A stretch of 64,000 bases of DNA from Candidatus Micrarchaeota archaeon (GTDB lineage: Archaea > Micrarchaeota > Micrarchaeia > Micrarchaeales > CABMGC01). Shown here piece by piece: positions 8,435 to 16,665 of this stretch. Numbering within the stretch: the stretch's first letter is position 1; every line of letters begins with the position of its first letter. The notes under the pieces are model-generated. The model saw only the letters and a list, made by a program, of their open reading frames with translations, searched no databases and was not told where the DNA came from. A program made the position numbers and the translations under genes. Location: positions 4,636-68,635 of the forward strand of contig JAGWHJ010000001.1 in NCBI GenBank assembly GCA_028866835.1. The letters are read 5' to 3'.

Positions 8435-8992
8435 ATGCTGAAGAGCGGCGTCAGGATAATAGCATTCGAGGATTCGCCCATCCTGAAGGGCAGGAAGGAC
8501 GTACTTGTCGTTGGGGTCATAGGCAGGCAGGACATAATAGAGGGCGTGCTCTCGTTCAGGGCAATTGTTGATGGGAACGACGCTACATCCAAGCTCGCAA
8601 GAGCTGTCAAGAGATCCAGATTCGCGGGCCAGATAAGGCTGCTAACGCTAAACGGGATAACAGTGGCAGGCCTGAACATAATCGACATGGCGAAGCTTAA
8701 CAGATCGCTAGGAATCCCGGTGCTTGCGATAACGAGGCAGAAACCAAACCCTTCGAAGCTGATGGAGGCGGTAAGGCATCACTCAGGGAAGGATTCCGCC
8801 AAAAAGATTGCCGTAATAAAGCGCACGAAGGAGGCGATGCTCCTGCTTAAGAGGTCGGGCCATTATTTCCAGTGTGTGGGCATCGAGAAGAAGGACCTGG
8901 CGAATTTTGCCGATCTTTCCGTCTCGCTGCTTAGGCTTGGGCATATCATAGCGAGCGGCGTGACAAGCGGGGAATCGCATGGAAGGATGTAA
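8435..8992 (+). CDS. DUF99/UPF0215 family protein (EndoV-like fold)
   Basis: The N-terminal VRIIAFEDSP...VVGVI pattern and overall size resemble archaeal UPF0215 proteins. Confidence 0.55.
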   Translation: MLKSGVRIIAFEDSPILKGRKDVLVVGVIGRQDIIEGVLSFRAIVDGNDATSKLARAVKRSRFAGQIRLLTLNGITVAGLNIIDMAKLNRSLGIPVLAITRQKPNPSKLMEAVRHHSGKDSAKKIAVIKRTKEAMLLLKRSGHYFQCVGIEKKDLANFADLSVSLLRLGHIIASGVTSGESHGRM

Positions 8993-9086
8993 TAATTATC
9001 GCCTTTGGCCTTATATCTTTGCAAGGTATTAATAAACTAATTCAAAACTTTTAAAAATCAATTCGCTCATCCTTAAATTGATTTTG

Positions 9087-10334
9087 ATGGCAGTGAGCCA
9101 AAGGCGGGTCGGTGTTACTACTGATGGCATCAGGTTTTCAAGGTTGAGGTGCCCGGATGGTGAGGAAAGATACCTATTAAGGGAAGGAGACATCCCGGGC
9201 CTGAAACTTGACGGCCCAACCTCACACAGGCTACTTGGCGAGGCGGGCTTGGTACCGGTTGAACAGAATGGAGAGCTGCCTTTTCTTGCACGCTATCCGG
9301 CAATTAGGGAGACGTTGACTGAAGGCGGGGAGCACACACGTTTCTATACCGCAGGGAGTGGACAGCTTTACCTGCCCGAATTTCAAGGTTTAGATGACGA
9401 TACAGGCAGATTGAAGGAGGGCAGGAGACATCCAGAGATCACAGTAAGGAATTTTGATGGGCCGCATCCGTTGTTGCTCATAATAGGATCGGATGAGGAA
9501 TCCGATTGGGCAGGCTACAGGTTCGTACGCGCTGCGGATGTGGAGCCAAGCGCTGGCGCCAACATAGTATACGGCAAGAAAATAAATGGTACGTACGCTA
9601 TGGGGGAGTTCTGGCGTCAGCAGGGATGGGTAAATGCGGACGGCACGCTTTCTCGTGCGCGATGGGCTGATTCTGGAACAAGGGTTGCAGCAATAAGATT
9701 CCTTGTTGAGAATGTATTGGATAAGGACCCGCGTGAGGTCACAAACGAGGATTTTAGGTCGAACGGACTTTGGGGACTTTTAACACACTTTTATAATAGT
9801 AGCAACTATGCTGCTGTTTCTGCGGCGTTCCCCGAACTTAATATAAGGGGATGGGAGATGATATGCACGCCTAGGGGCATATACCCTTCTCCAGAGAACA
9901 GAGTAGCCGCAGTAAGAGAGCTGGTGAAAGCATCAGGCAAAGGCGATCCCAGAGACCTTGCAAGAAGTGATTTTGAATCACACGGGCTTAGAGGGCTTTT
10001 ACACGGTCATTACAATGGCAGCACTTATGCGGCTGTTGTGGAGGCATTCCCTGAACAGATGATTAAAGAATGGGAGATGGCCATGACCCCCATGCGTTTC
10101 TACGAGTCACCGGAAAACAGGGTAGCTGCAGTGAGATGGCTAGCAGAGAAATTAGGTAAGGACCCAAGGGAGATAACACAAAAGGATTTCAAGTCAAACA
10201 GACTTTTGGGGCTTTTGGATTGGCATTATAACGGCAGCCCTTACGAGGCATTGCTGGAAGCAGGATTAGTTACAAAAGAAGATGAATACTTTATGAGGAA
10301 TAGAGGTCCGGTCATGAAATTAAGAAGGTCATAA
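9087..10334 (+). CDS. hypothetical protein with unknown N-terminal domain and three tandem 73-aa helical repeats
   Basis: Long ORF in an AT-richer islet. The repeat consensus is ENRVAAVR.L....GKDPR....DF.S.GL.GLL..HYNGS.YAAV.EAFPE....WEM. The ATG at 9087 is in frame with the track start TTG at 9078. Confidence 0.6.
   Translation: MAVSQRRVGVTTDGIRFSRLRCPDGEERYLLREGDIPGLKLDGPTSHRLLGEAGLVPVEQNGELPFLARYPAIRETLTEGGEHTRFYTAGSGQLYLPEFQGLDDDTGRLKEGRRHPEITVRNFDGPHPLLLIIGSDEESDWAGYRFVRAADVEPSAGANIVYGKKINGTYAMGEFWRQQGWVNADGTLSRARWADSGTRVAAIRFLVENVLDKDPREVTNEDFRSNGLWGLLTHFYNSSNYAAVSAAFPELNIRGWEMICTPRGIYPSPENRVAAVRELVKASGKGDPRDLARSDFESHGLRGLLHGHYNGSTYAAVVEAFPEQMIKEWEMAMTPMRFYESPENRVAAVRWLAEKLGKDPREITQKDFKSNRLLGLLDWHYNGSPYEALLEAGLVTKEDEYFMRNRGPVMKLRRS
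9678..10280 (+). repeat. three tandem coding repeats (about 219 nt / 73 aa each) inside CDS 9087..10334
   Basis: Repeat units start at 9678, 9897 and 10116 (the 9897 boundary was checked against the codons cca gag aac aga gta). Confidence 0.8.
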
Positions 10335-10378
10335 GCGCATTAACATTTAATGACATGTAAATTGTTTGAGGTATTTTT

Positions 10379-10657
10379 ATGGCAAAAATAAAAGGGAGGA
10401 ATGCAAGTTTTTTCAGAGCTATTGAGGACGAGGCCATGGCGCTTCAATATCATGACGGCCGTGGAATCATATTTCAGAACCTGGATGCTGCTAGGGCATA
10501 TGAGAGATCTAGTCTGCCAGAGCATCTTCGAAGAGCAAACGAAGCATGGATGAACATAAAGGCCGTTGTAAAAGATCCAAAATTAAGGGCAAGGATAGAT
10601 GGCAGGATCAAGCTTAATGAACAAAAAAGTGATGCTTCAGGGCTAAAAAGGGCCTGA
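10379..10657 (+). CDS. hypothetical small protein (92 aa)
   Basis: ORF only. It has the same strand and the same AT-richer composition as the upstream repeat protein. No recognisable motif. Confidence 0.4.
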   Translation: MAKIKGRNASFFRAIEDEAMALQYHDGRGIIFQNLDAARAYERSSLPEHLRRANEAWMNIKAVVKDPKLRARIDGRIKLNEQKSDASGLKRA

Positions 10658-10702
10658 ATGCATAACGTATAAGAATTTAATTGAAGTATAGAAATTGATC
10701 TT

Positions 10703-10867
10703 ATGGCAGGATTATCAACACCGCAGCAGCAGGCCGGGGTTCTGAGCTTCTACGATGCGCCTGAGCGAGGCCCTAGGATGAACGCTAGGGCAGTCATAAT
10801 CGTAATACTCATCTTCACGATACTTGTGCTAATCTTCGACCACGTGCTCAGCACTACGCTAGTGTGA
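10703..10867 (+). CDS. preprotein translocase subunit Sec61beta
   Basis: Hand-translated 54-aa ORF absent from the track: MAGLSTPQQQAGVLSFYDAPERGPRMNARAVIIVILIFTILVLIFDHVLSTTLV. The AG(L/V)..FYD..e.gp+...+.V motif followed by a C-terminal TM tail-anchor is typical of archaeal Sec61beta. Confidence 0.75.
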   Translation: MAGLSTPQQQAGVLSFYDAPERGPRMNARAVIIVILIFTILVLIFDHVLSTTLV

Positions 10868-11765
10868 ACAGGTCCTTCTTCTTTTCAGAGACGTCGCCGT
10901 TCTCGGAGAGCAGGCAAAGTATCGCCCGCGCACCGTCCTCGCTTATGCCCACGTCCCTTGCAATGCTGCTGACCCTTGATTCCCCCTTGTCCTTGAGGTC
11001 CTTTATTATCGCAGTGGCGTGCCTGTCGAAGTATTGCCTGAGTACGACATAGAACTTCTTGTTGAACGCTCTTGTGCCTAGGACAAGGCCGCGTCTTATG
11101 CTCTCCTCAAGCGCCAGAGAGAGCGATGACGCCTCGCCCTCTGTGGAGACGATGACGAAACCATCCTTCTCGAGTTTTTTGACGTTCTCGTTCTCAGGCA
11201 TCTTGTTTCTTACGTACATAAAAGGGGCTTCCTTGATTTGGGGAGAGACCTCCTCGATCTTTGCAGGCTCTGGACCAGCCTTCTTCTTCCTCATGAGGAA
11301 CTTGTCATAGACCTCCTTCGAGATGCTGTAGAGCTCCTTGCTTCGCATGTCCTTCCTGAAAGGCAGGACGGCCTTCTTGACTATCAGGCGGCTGAGCACC
11401 TCCTTCTCCCTGTCGCTCAGCATCCTGTTTACGCTATCGACATCGCGTGAGCCGTACCTGAGAGTATCGAGCTTCCTGAGAACGTCAAGCTCCTCCTGAG
11501 TAAGCCCTGCCTCTGACGCGCGTCTCTGCTGGGCAGGCGCGGATGGCTGCTGGCGTGGCGCGCCCTCTGGGCCTTCCTTTCCAAGCAGCAGGCTTGCGAC
11601 GTCGGATTTCTTGGCAAAGATGAACGTATTGTCCCCTGCCTTGAAGAAATCGACCTCGTCGTTCTCGCCGATCCTCAATCCCCTGACAACCTCGAAAGGC
11701 AGGTATACGATAAGCTTGTCCTTGCTTTTGTAGACCTTTACGATTTTAACACCGCCTCTAATCAT
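10854..11765 (-). CDS. hypothetical protein with N-terminal AbrB/SpoVT-like domain and probable wHTH domains
   Basis: N-terminus KLIVYLPFEVVRGLRIGENDEVDFF resembles the swapped-hairpin AbrB motif. The C-terminus SRVSSIARDVGISEDGARAILCLLSENG looks like a wHTH. Confidence 0.45.
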   Translation of the reverse strand: MIRGGVKIVKVYKSKDKLIVYLPFEVVRGLRIGENDEVDFFKAGDNTFIFAKKSDVASLLLGKEGPEGAPRQQPSAPAQQRRASEAGLTQEELDVLRKLDTLRYGSRDVDSVNRMLSDREKEVLSRLIVKKAVLPFRKDMRSKELYSISKEVYDKFLMRKKKAGPEPAKIEEVSPQIKEAPFMYVRNKMPENENVKKLEKDGFVIVSTEGEASSLSLALEESIRRGLVLGTRAFNKKFYVVLRQYFDRHATAIIKDLKDKGESRVSSIARDVGISEDGARAILCLLSENGDVSEKKKDLFTLA

Positions 11766-11795
11766 TTTAAGCTTATAGAGCAGATTAATATTGCC

Positions 11796-12728
11796 ATGAA
11801 GAATATAAAAGGGTTTCTAGAGAGCAAAACCCTATACAAAACAGGGCTGAGGCAACGCGCCGCAACATCCAGAGACCTTGCGAAAGCCGCACCGAAGAGG
11901 GGCATCTATTCGGACAAGTACTCGAACGGACGTATGGTGCTCATAGGCGGCAGTGGAAGGTTTCACGGCGCTCCGGCAATGGCTTCGCTGGCTGCGTACG
12001 GCACCCTTGCCGCGCTCAGGGTGGGAGCGGGCTATGCAAAGACCTATGTTCCTGAAGCGATGGCCGGCGCAGTACGTGCATCTTCGCCGAACATCATCGT
12101 GTCAAGCTGCGGCAAGGGGATAGCCCTGACAAACGACATGAAGAAGGACATCTCTAGGACCGATGCGGTTGTCATAGGAATGGGCATGGAGAGCGCACGG
12201 GCTTCTGAAACTGCATCGCGCAGGATCATACTTTACTGTCAGTCCAGAGGGATAAAGACCATAGTAGATGCAGGAGCGATAGCCTCGCTGAGGCCATTGC
12301 TCGGCAAACGGCTGAAGGAGATCCTCATAACGCCTCACGATTCGGAATTCTCGCGCCTCCTAGGAGTGGCAGTGCCGAAACGCGATTTGAAAGCTAGGAT
12401 TCGGACTGCTTTCGGTGCGTCGAAGGCATTTGGTATAAACATCCTTCTCAAGGGCCATGTGACGATAGTCACAAACGGCAAGGAGGTGAAGCTCGTCAAG
12501 TCCCATAGCGCATCGCTTGCAACAATGGGCACCGGCGACGTGCTTGATGGGATCATAGGAGGCTACGCAGCCACCGGAGCAGGCGTTTTCGATGCCGCTG
12601 TTGCAGGTGCGTATCTCCATTCGGAGATAGGTGACGAACTTTACAAGGAGAAAGGCAACCATATCCTTGCATCTGACGTGGTGGAACGCATACCTGCTAT
12701 TATAAAAAAGTTCGACAAGAGGAGATAG
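11796..12728 (+). CDS. nnrD: ADP/ATP-dependent NAD(P)H-hydrate dehydratase (YjeF C-terminal/carbohydrate kinase family)
   Basis: KYSNGRMVLIGGS..F.GAP..A..AA...GAG, and the C-terminal GTGDVLDGIIGG motif. Confidence 0.8.
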   Translation: MKNIKGFLESKTLYKTGLRQRAATSRDLAKAAPKRGIYSDKYSNGRMVLIGGSGRFHGAPAMASLAAYGTLAALRVGAGYAKTYVPEAMAGAVRASSPNIIVSSCGKGIALTNDMKKDISRTDAVVIGMGMESARASETASRRIILYCQSRGIKTIVDAGAIASLRPLLGKRLKEILITPHDSEFSRLLGVAVPKRDLKARIRTAFGASKAFGINILLKGHVTIVTNGKEVKLVKSHSASLATMGTGDVLDGIIGGYAATGAGVFDAAVAGAYLHSEIGDELYKEKGNHILASDVVERIPAIIKKFDKRR

Positions 12729-12735
12729 AGGAAGT

Positions 12736-14643
12736 GTGTCTATGAATTCGCCCAGCAGGGATGCAAAGTCGGAGTTCGAGAGGATAATTGACGATGCGAT
12801 ACTCTCGGCCTACGGCAAGGTGGATTTCGAGAGGAAGATGCTTGGGGATACGATAAAGTACGCGAGTTCCGAGTTCGGGGACCTGAGCTGTTCCATATCA
12901 TTTGCGCTCGCCAGAAGCCTCAGGAAGGACCCTAGGAAGATAGCCGCGGAGATTGCCAAGCATGCAAAGGCTGGAAGGCTCGTGGCCGAGATCGGTGCCG
13001 AATCAGGATACATAAACGCTAGGCTTGACAGGGCTTCTTACGGCAGTGCAGTGATCGAGAGGATCGCAGCCATGAAAAAGGATTACGGCAGGAGCGAGAT
13101 CGGCAAAGGACATCGCGTGTTCGTGGAATCGCCCAGCGTAAACCCGAACAAGCCATGGCACGTGGGCCACCTAAGGAATGCTATACTCGGCAGCGTCATC
13201 TCAAACCTCCTTGAGTTCTGCTCCTACGACGTCGAACGGGAGAACTACATAGATGACCTAGGCCTGCAGGTGGCAGAATCGGTATGGGGGTACATGCACA
13301 TGGGCAACGAGCCCGACAAGAAGTTCGACACGTGGCTCGGGGAACAGTACGTTATGGTAAACAAGAGGATGTCAGAGAAGGCAGCGGTCAAGGAGGAGAT
13401 AAACCATCTTGTGAAGAGAATGGAGGCGGGCGGGACAGACGAGGCGAAAACGGCAAGGGAGATCGCGGAGAAGTGCGTTGCGGCGCAGTACGAGACAGCT
13501 TCGATGTACGGCATCTGCCACGACATACTGGTTTGGGAGAGTGACATAGTCAGCGAGAAGCTGCTTGAGAAGGCCCTGTCAGTCGCAGACAAGGCGGGCA
13601 TGCTCGAGAAGCCGAAGGAGGGAAAGTATGCGGGCTGCGTAACAATAAATCTAGACAAGGTAAAGGAGCTTGCAAAAGACTTCGAGAACCCGCTTGAGGA
13701 CACAAAGGTGCTTGTCAGGAGCAACGGGACTGCAACATACGTGGCAAAGGACTTCGCATTCCACATGTGGAAATTCGGTATTATAGAGGACACGTTCAAG
13801 TACAGGACGTTCATAAGGAAGCAGGTCGACGGTGGAGAGCTCCGCACGACGTCCCCTTCGGGAGAGAGGAAGAGGCTGGGGCCTGCCGACAGCGTAATAA
13901 ACATAATAGATGACAGGCAGAGGTATCCGCAGCTCATCCTTAAGGCGGCATTCAAGCTGCTTGGCTACCCGGAGATCTCAAGCAGTATTGTGCATCTATC
14001 ATACGGGACCGTTGGAGTGAGTGGTGGCTCGTTGAGCGGCAGGAAAGGAGGGTGGATGGGCGAGGACGGCAGGAGCTACACCGCAGATTACCTTCTTGAG
14101 GAAGTCTCGAAAAAGGCCGCGGAGATAGTCGGCAACAGCAAGAAGGTAACAGACACGAGCAAGGTAGGCGAGATTGCCAGGGCCATAGCGCTTGGCGCGA
14201 TAAAATTCGATTTCGTGAGCGTGGCGCCGGAGAAGGACATGCTATTCTCCTGGGAAAGGGCGCTAAAGTTCGAAGGCGACACGGGGCCGTACTGCATATA
14301 CACCTATGCGCGCGCGACTAGGCTTCTCGAGAAGGCAGGTCCCGCAGAGCACAAGCTCGTTGAGAAGGATTACTCGGCCCTGGGCGCAGGCGAATTCGCG
14401 GTCATAAAGCTACTTAGCGTTGCGGATGAGATGGTTGAGAAGGCGTGCAGGGAGCGAAGGCCGAACATTCTGACAGACTACCTGCTCGAACTCTGCACCG
14501 CTTTCAGCAAGTTCTACGAGGCAGTCCCTGTTATCGGAAGCGGCGAGGCAGAGCGCGCAAGGCTTGCGGTAGTCTCATCAACAAGGCAGACGATAGGAAA
14601 CATGCTGCTCCTTCTTGGCATAAAGCCGCTCGAGCGGATGTAG
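12736..14643 (+). CDS. argS: arginyl-tRNA synthetase
   Basis: Class I HIGH region SPSVNPNKPWHVGHLRN, and the DALR anticodon-binding C-terminus ending in LGIKPLERM. GTG at 12736 or ATG at 12742. Confidence 0.95.
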   Translation: MSMNSPSRDAKSEFERIIDDAILSAYGKVDFERKMLGDTIKYASSEFGDLSCSISFALARSLRKDPRKIAAEIAKHAKAGRLVAEIGAESGYINARLDRASYGSAVIERIAAMKKDYGRSEIGKGHRVFVESPSVNPNKPWHVGHLRNAILGSVISNLLEFCSYDVERENYIDDLGLQVAESVWGYMHMGNEPDKKFDTWLGEQYVMVNKRMSEKAAVKEEINHLVKRMEAGGTDEAKTAREIAEKCVAAQYETASMYGICHDILVWESDIVSEKLLEKALSVADKAGMLEKPKEGKYAGCVTINLDKVKELAKDFENPLEDTKVLVRSNGTATYVAKDFAFHMWKFGIIEDTFKYRTFIRKQVDGGELRTTSPSGERKRLGPADSVINIIDDRQRYPQLILKAAFKLLGYPEISSSIVHLSYGTVGVSGGSLSGRKGGWMGEDGRSYTADYLLEEVSKKAAEIVGNSKKVTDTSKVGEIARAIALGAIKFDFVSVAPEKDMLFSWERALKFEGDTGPYCIYTYARATRLLEKAGPAEHKLVEKDYSALGAGEFAVIKLLSVADEMVEKACRERRPNILTDYLLELCTAFSKFYEAVPVIGSGEAERARLAVVSSTRQTIGNMLLLLGIKPLERM

Positions 14644-14644
14644 G

Positions 14645-15658
14645 CTAGTATGCGGAGTCGACCGTCGGCCAGTCTATGTAGCGCCTCCTCTCGGCTTCCT
14701 GCTCTTTTATCTCGGAAAATCCGCTTGCGCTGCTTACGGCAAGCACGATGAGGTTTATGAACAGCAGGAAGGTCATGGCAACGAGGTATATGTTTGACTT
14801 GTTGAGAATGTAGAAGGATGGGCTGCTGAAGTACTGGTAGCTGATGAATATAAGACCCATGCCGCAGACAATTGCAGCGAACGTGCTTACCTTCCTTCCG
14901 GGCCTGAAGAGCAGCAGGCCGGCCGCCAGCGACAGGAATCCTATGAGGATGTTCAGCACGGGAATGTCATAGCTCGAGATAAGGTTGTACAGGGCCATGA
15001 ACTCGGCAGGTATGGCGGTTGCCGTGCTGACGGTCTGTATGAAAGATCCGAAAAGGAATGCCATCTGCTGGTACATGTAGTAAAGCATGACCATGCCTAT
15101 CGCCAGGAAGATCAGCGAAGAGCCAAGGCTCAGGCGGTTCAGGCTCTGCTTCTTTGCGCTCGGCGCCCTTATCGAGGCCTCGTCTATGTCCTTTATGCAG
15201 TAGTACTTGCCGTTGAATAGCATTATCTCGGCATAGCAGTAGTTGAGGTTGCATATCTCACACTTAGCGAAAGCAGCCCTCCACGGATGGTTTATGCACT
15301 TTGCATTCTTTGGCACGTTCCTCTGTTTCTCTGTTGCGGTCTTGGCAGCGGCAACAGACTTGCTTTCGGACAGGGGAGCGGCAGAGATTGGCGCCGCTGG
15401 CTTGGCGAGAGGCGCAGGAGGCTGCTCAGCCTGCGCGGTGACTTCCTTTTGGGCGGCAGGCTTAGGCTTTGGTTGATTTATATTGATCCAGGGCGGTGCG
15501 CTGACTGCAGGCAGTTCATCCTTGGTAGTTTCTACCACATAGTCCTTGCTTTTCTTCGACTGCGCAACCTGGTTTATCGCACTTTCAGTAGCCTGTGAAA
15601 CGTGACCCCTAAGCCTGAAGATCAGGAGGTCTTCAGAGCCTTCATCGACCAAAACCAC
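14645..15658 (-). CDS. membrane protein with cytoplasmic Pro/Ala-rich linker and B-box-like zinc finger
   Basis: KCINHPWRAAFAKCEICNLNYCYAEIMLFNGKYYCIKD (C-x2-H...C-x2-C...C...C) is followed by about 5 hydrophobic helices. Confidence 0.55.
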   Translation of the reverse strand: MVLVDEGSEDLLIFRLRGHVSQATESAINQVAQSKKSKDYVVETTKDELPAVSAPPWININQPKPKPAAQKEVTAQAEQPPAPLAKPAAPISAAPLSESKSVAAAKTATEKQRNVPKNAKCINHPWRAAFAKCEICNLNYCYAEIMLFNGKYYCIKDIDEASIRAPSAKKQSLNRLSLGSSLIFLAIGMVMLYYMYQQMAFLFGSFIQTVSTATAIPAEFMALYNLISSYDIPVLNILIGFLSLAAGLLLFRPGRKVSTFAAIVCGMGLIFISYQYFSSPSFYILNKSNIYLVAMTFLLFINLIVLAVSSASGFSEIKEQEAERRRYIDWPTVDSAY

Positions 15659-15676
15659 ACCCGCATAAACATGCGT

Positions 15677-15910
15677 TTACATTTCTCCCCTGCTGGCTGC
15701 TCTCTGCGCCTGTTCCATCTTTCTCTTGAAAATTCCTTTATGTTTGGCGCAGCTGATGCAATAGTAAACTTTTCTCGTGGAGAAATACTTAACGTCAGCT
15801 TCCCTAAGGTCAGTGCCAAAGCGTATCGGCCTTTCATCTGATACGGCTTTGTTCCTAGGAACATTCCTGCCGCAGTTGGAACATCTTACTATTTGGTCTC
15901 GTCCTCTCAA
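15677..15910 (-). CDS. rps26e: 30S ribosomal protein S26e
   Basis: IVRCSNCGRNVPRNKAV and YYCISCAKH match the S26e zinc-ribbon pattern. The apparent start is TTG. Confidence 0.6.
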   Translation of the reverse strand: MRGRDQIVRCSNCGRNVPRNKAVSDERPIRFGTDLREADVKYFSTRKVYYCISCAKHKGIFKRKMEQAQRAASRGEM

Positions 15911-16048
15911 TATAACACCGTATTAGAGATATCTACCTCCTCATATATAAAAACATTCGCACCGCACCGACATAAGTGCTTTACACGGTCGTTGGCAGTT
16001 TTCCCGTAGGGAACAGGTATCTGTAACATTTCACAAAGTTATTAATAC

Positions 16049-16663
16049 TTGATTCGATACCAATTAGAGAATAATGGTGATTCGATAAAGATACTCGTTA
16101 TAAGCAATGTAAACGGAGTCACCGATTCGCTCATAGACGGCATGGATGTACCCAATGCAAACATAATTGCAAGGGATTTCGAGGGGGACGTTGACGCCCT
16201 CTCCAAGCAGGTTGCGAGGCTCTTCAAGGACAGGAAGTTCGATTACATAGTGGTAATACCAGACGATGTCATAGAGGCCGGGATAAACCTTAACAAGATA
16301 GAAGGCGCGAGGTCCGTAGTCTGCAAGTTCGAGGCGGACGCCGAGGCCGCAGCGGCCCACAAGGCCAACATCGTGATAATGGACGACCCTGATTCCCGCA
16401 TCTTCAACGACCTGATGGGATCGCTGCTGAAAGGACATTCTGGATCTTCTTCAAGGAGGGAGCCGGACAGCAGGCAGGCATCGATCTTCGGAGGCTTCAA
16501 GAAACCTCAGCCGCAGCAAAAGGAGACAAAGAGAGTGCATGAGGAGAAGGCGGAGGAAAAAGACGTGGATAAGGAAGAAAGGCAGCAGCAGGCTCCACGA
16601 GCCGGGAAAAGGAAGGGCGGGCTCGGCGGGATGCTGAAGGACTACCTGGGCATAATGGATTGA
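16049..16663 (+). CDS. hypothetical protein: RpiB/LacA/LacB-like alpha/beta domain (catalytic motif not conserved) plus basic low-complexity tail
   Basis: KILVISN...FDYIVVIPDDVIEAGINLNKIEGARSVVC...HKANIVIMD parallels the RpiB layout, but IPDD replaces the CGTG segment. Only a TTG start is available. Confidence 0.35.
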   Translation: MIRYQLENNGDSIKILVISNVNGVTDSLIDGMDVPNANIIARDFEGDVDALSKQVARLFKDRKFDYIVVIPDDVIEAGINLNKIEGARSVVCKFEADAEAAAAHKANIVIMDDPDSRIFNDLMGSLLKGHSGSSSRREPDSRQASIFGGFKKPQPQQKETKRVHEEKAEEKDVDKEERQQQAPRAGKRKGGLGGMLKDYLGIMD

Positions 16664-16665
16664 GC

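Noticed and set aside
9055-9085. 7-bp inverted repeat AAAATCA/TGATTTT upstream of the repeat-protein gene
   Set aside because: It is short and AT-only with a 17-nt loop, which is expected by chance in AT-rich intergenic DNA.
13245-13955. 236-aa minus-strand ORF
   Set aside because: It is antisense to argS.
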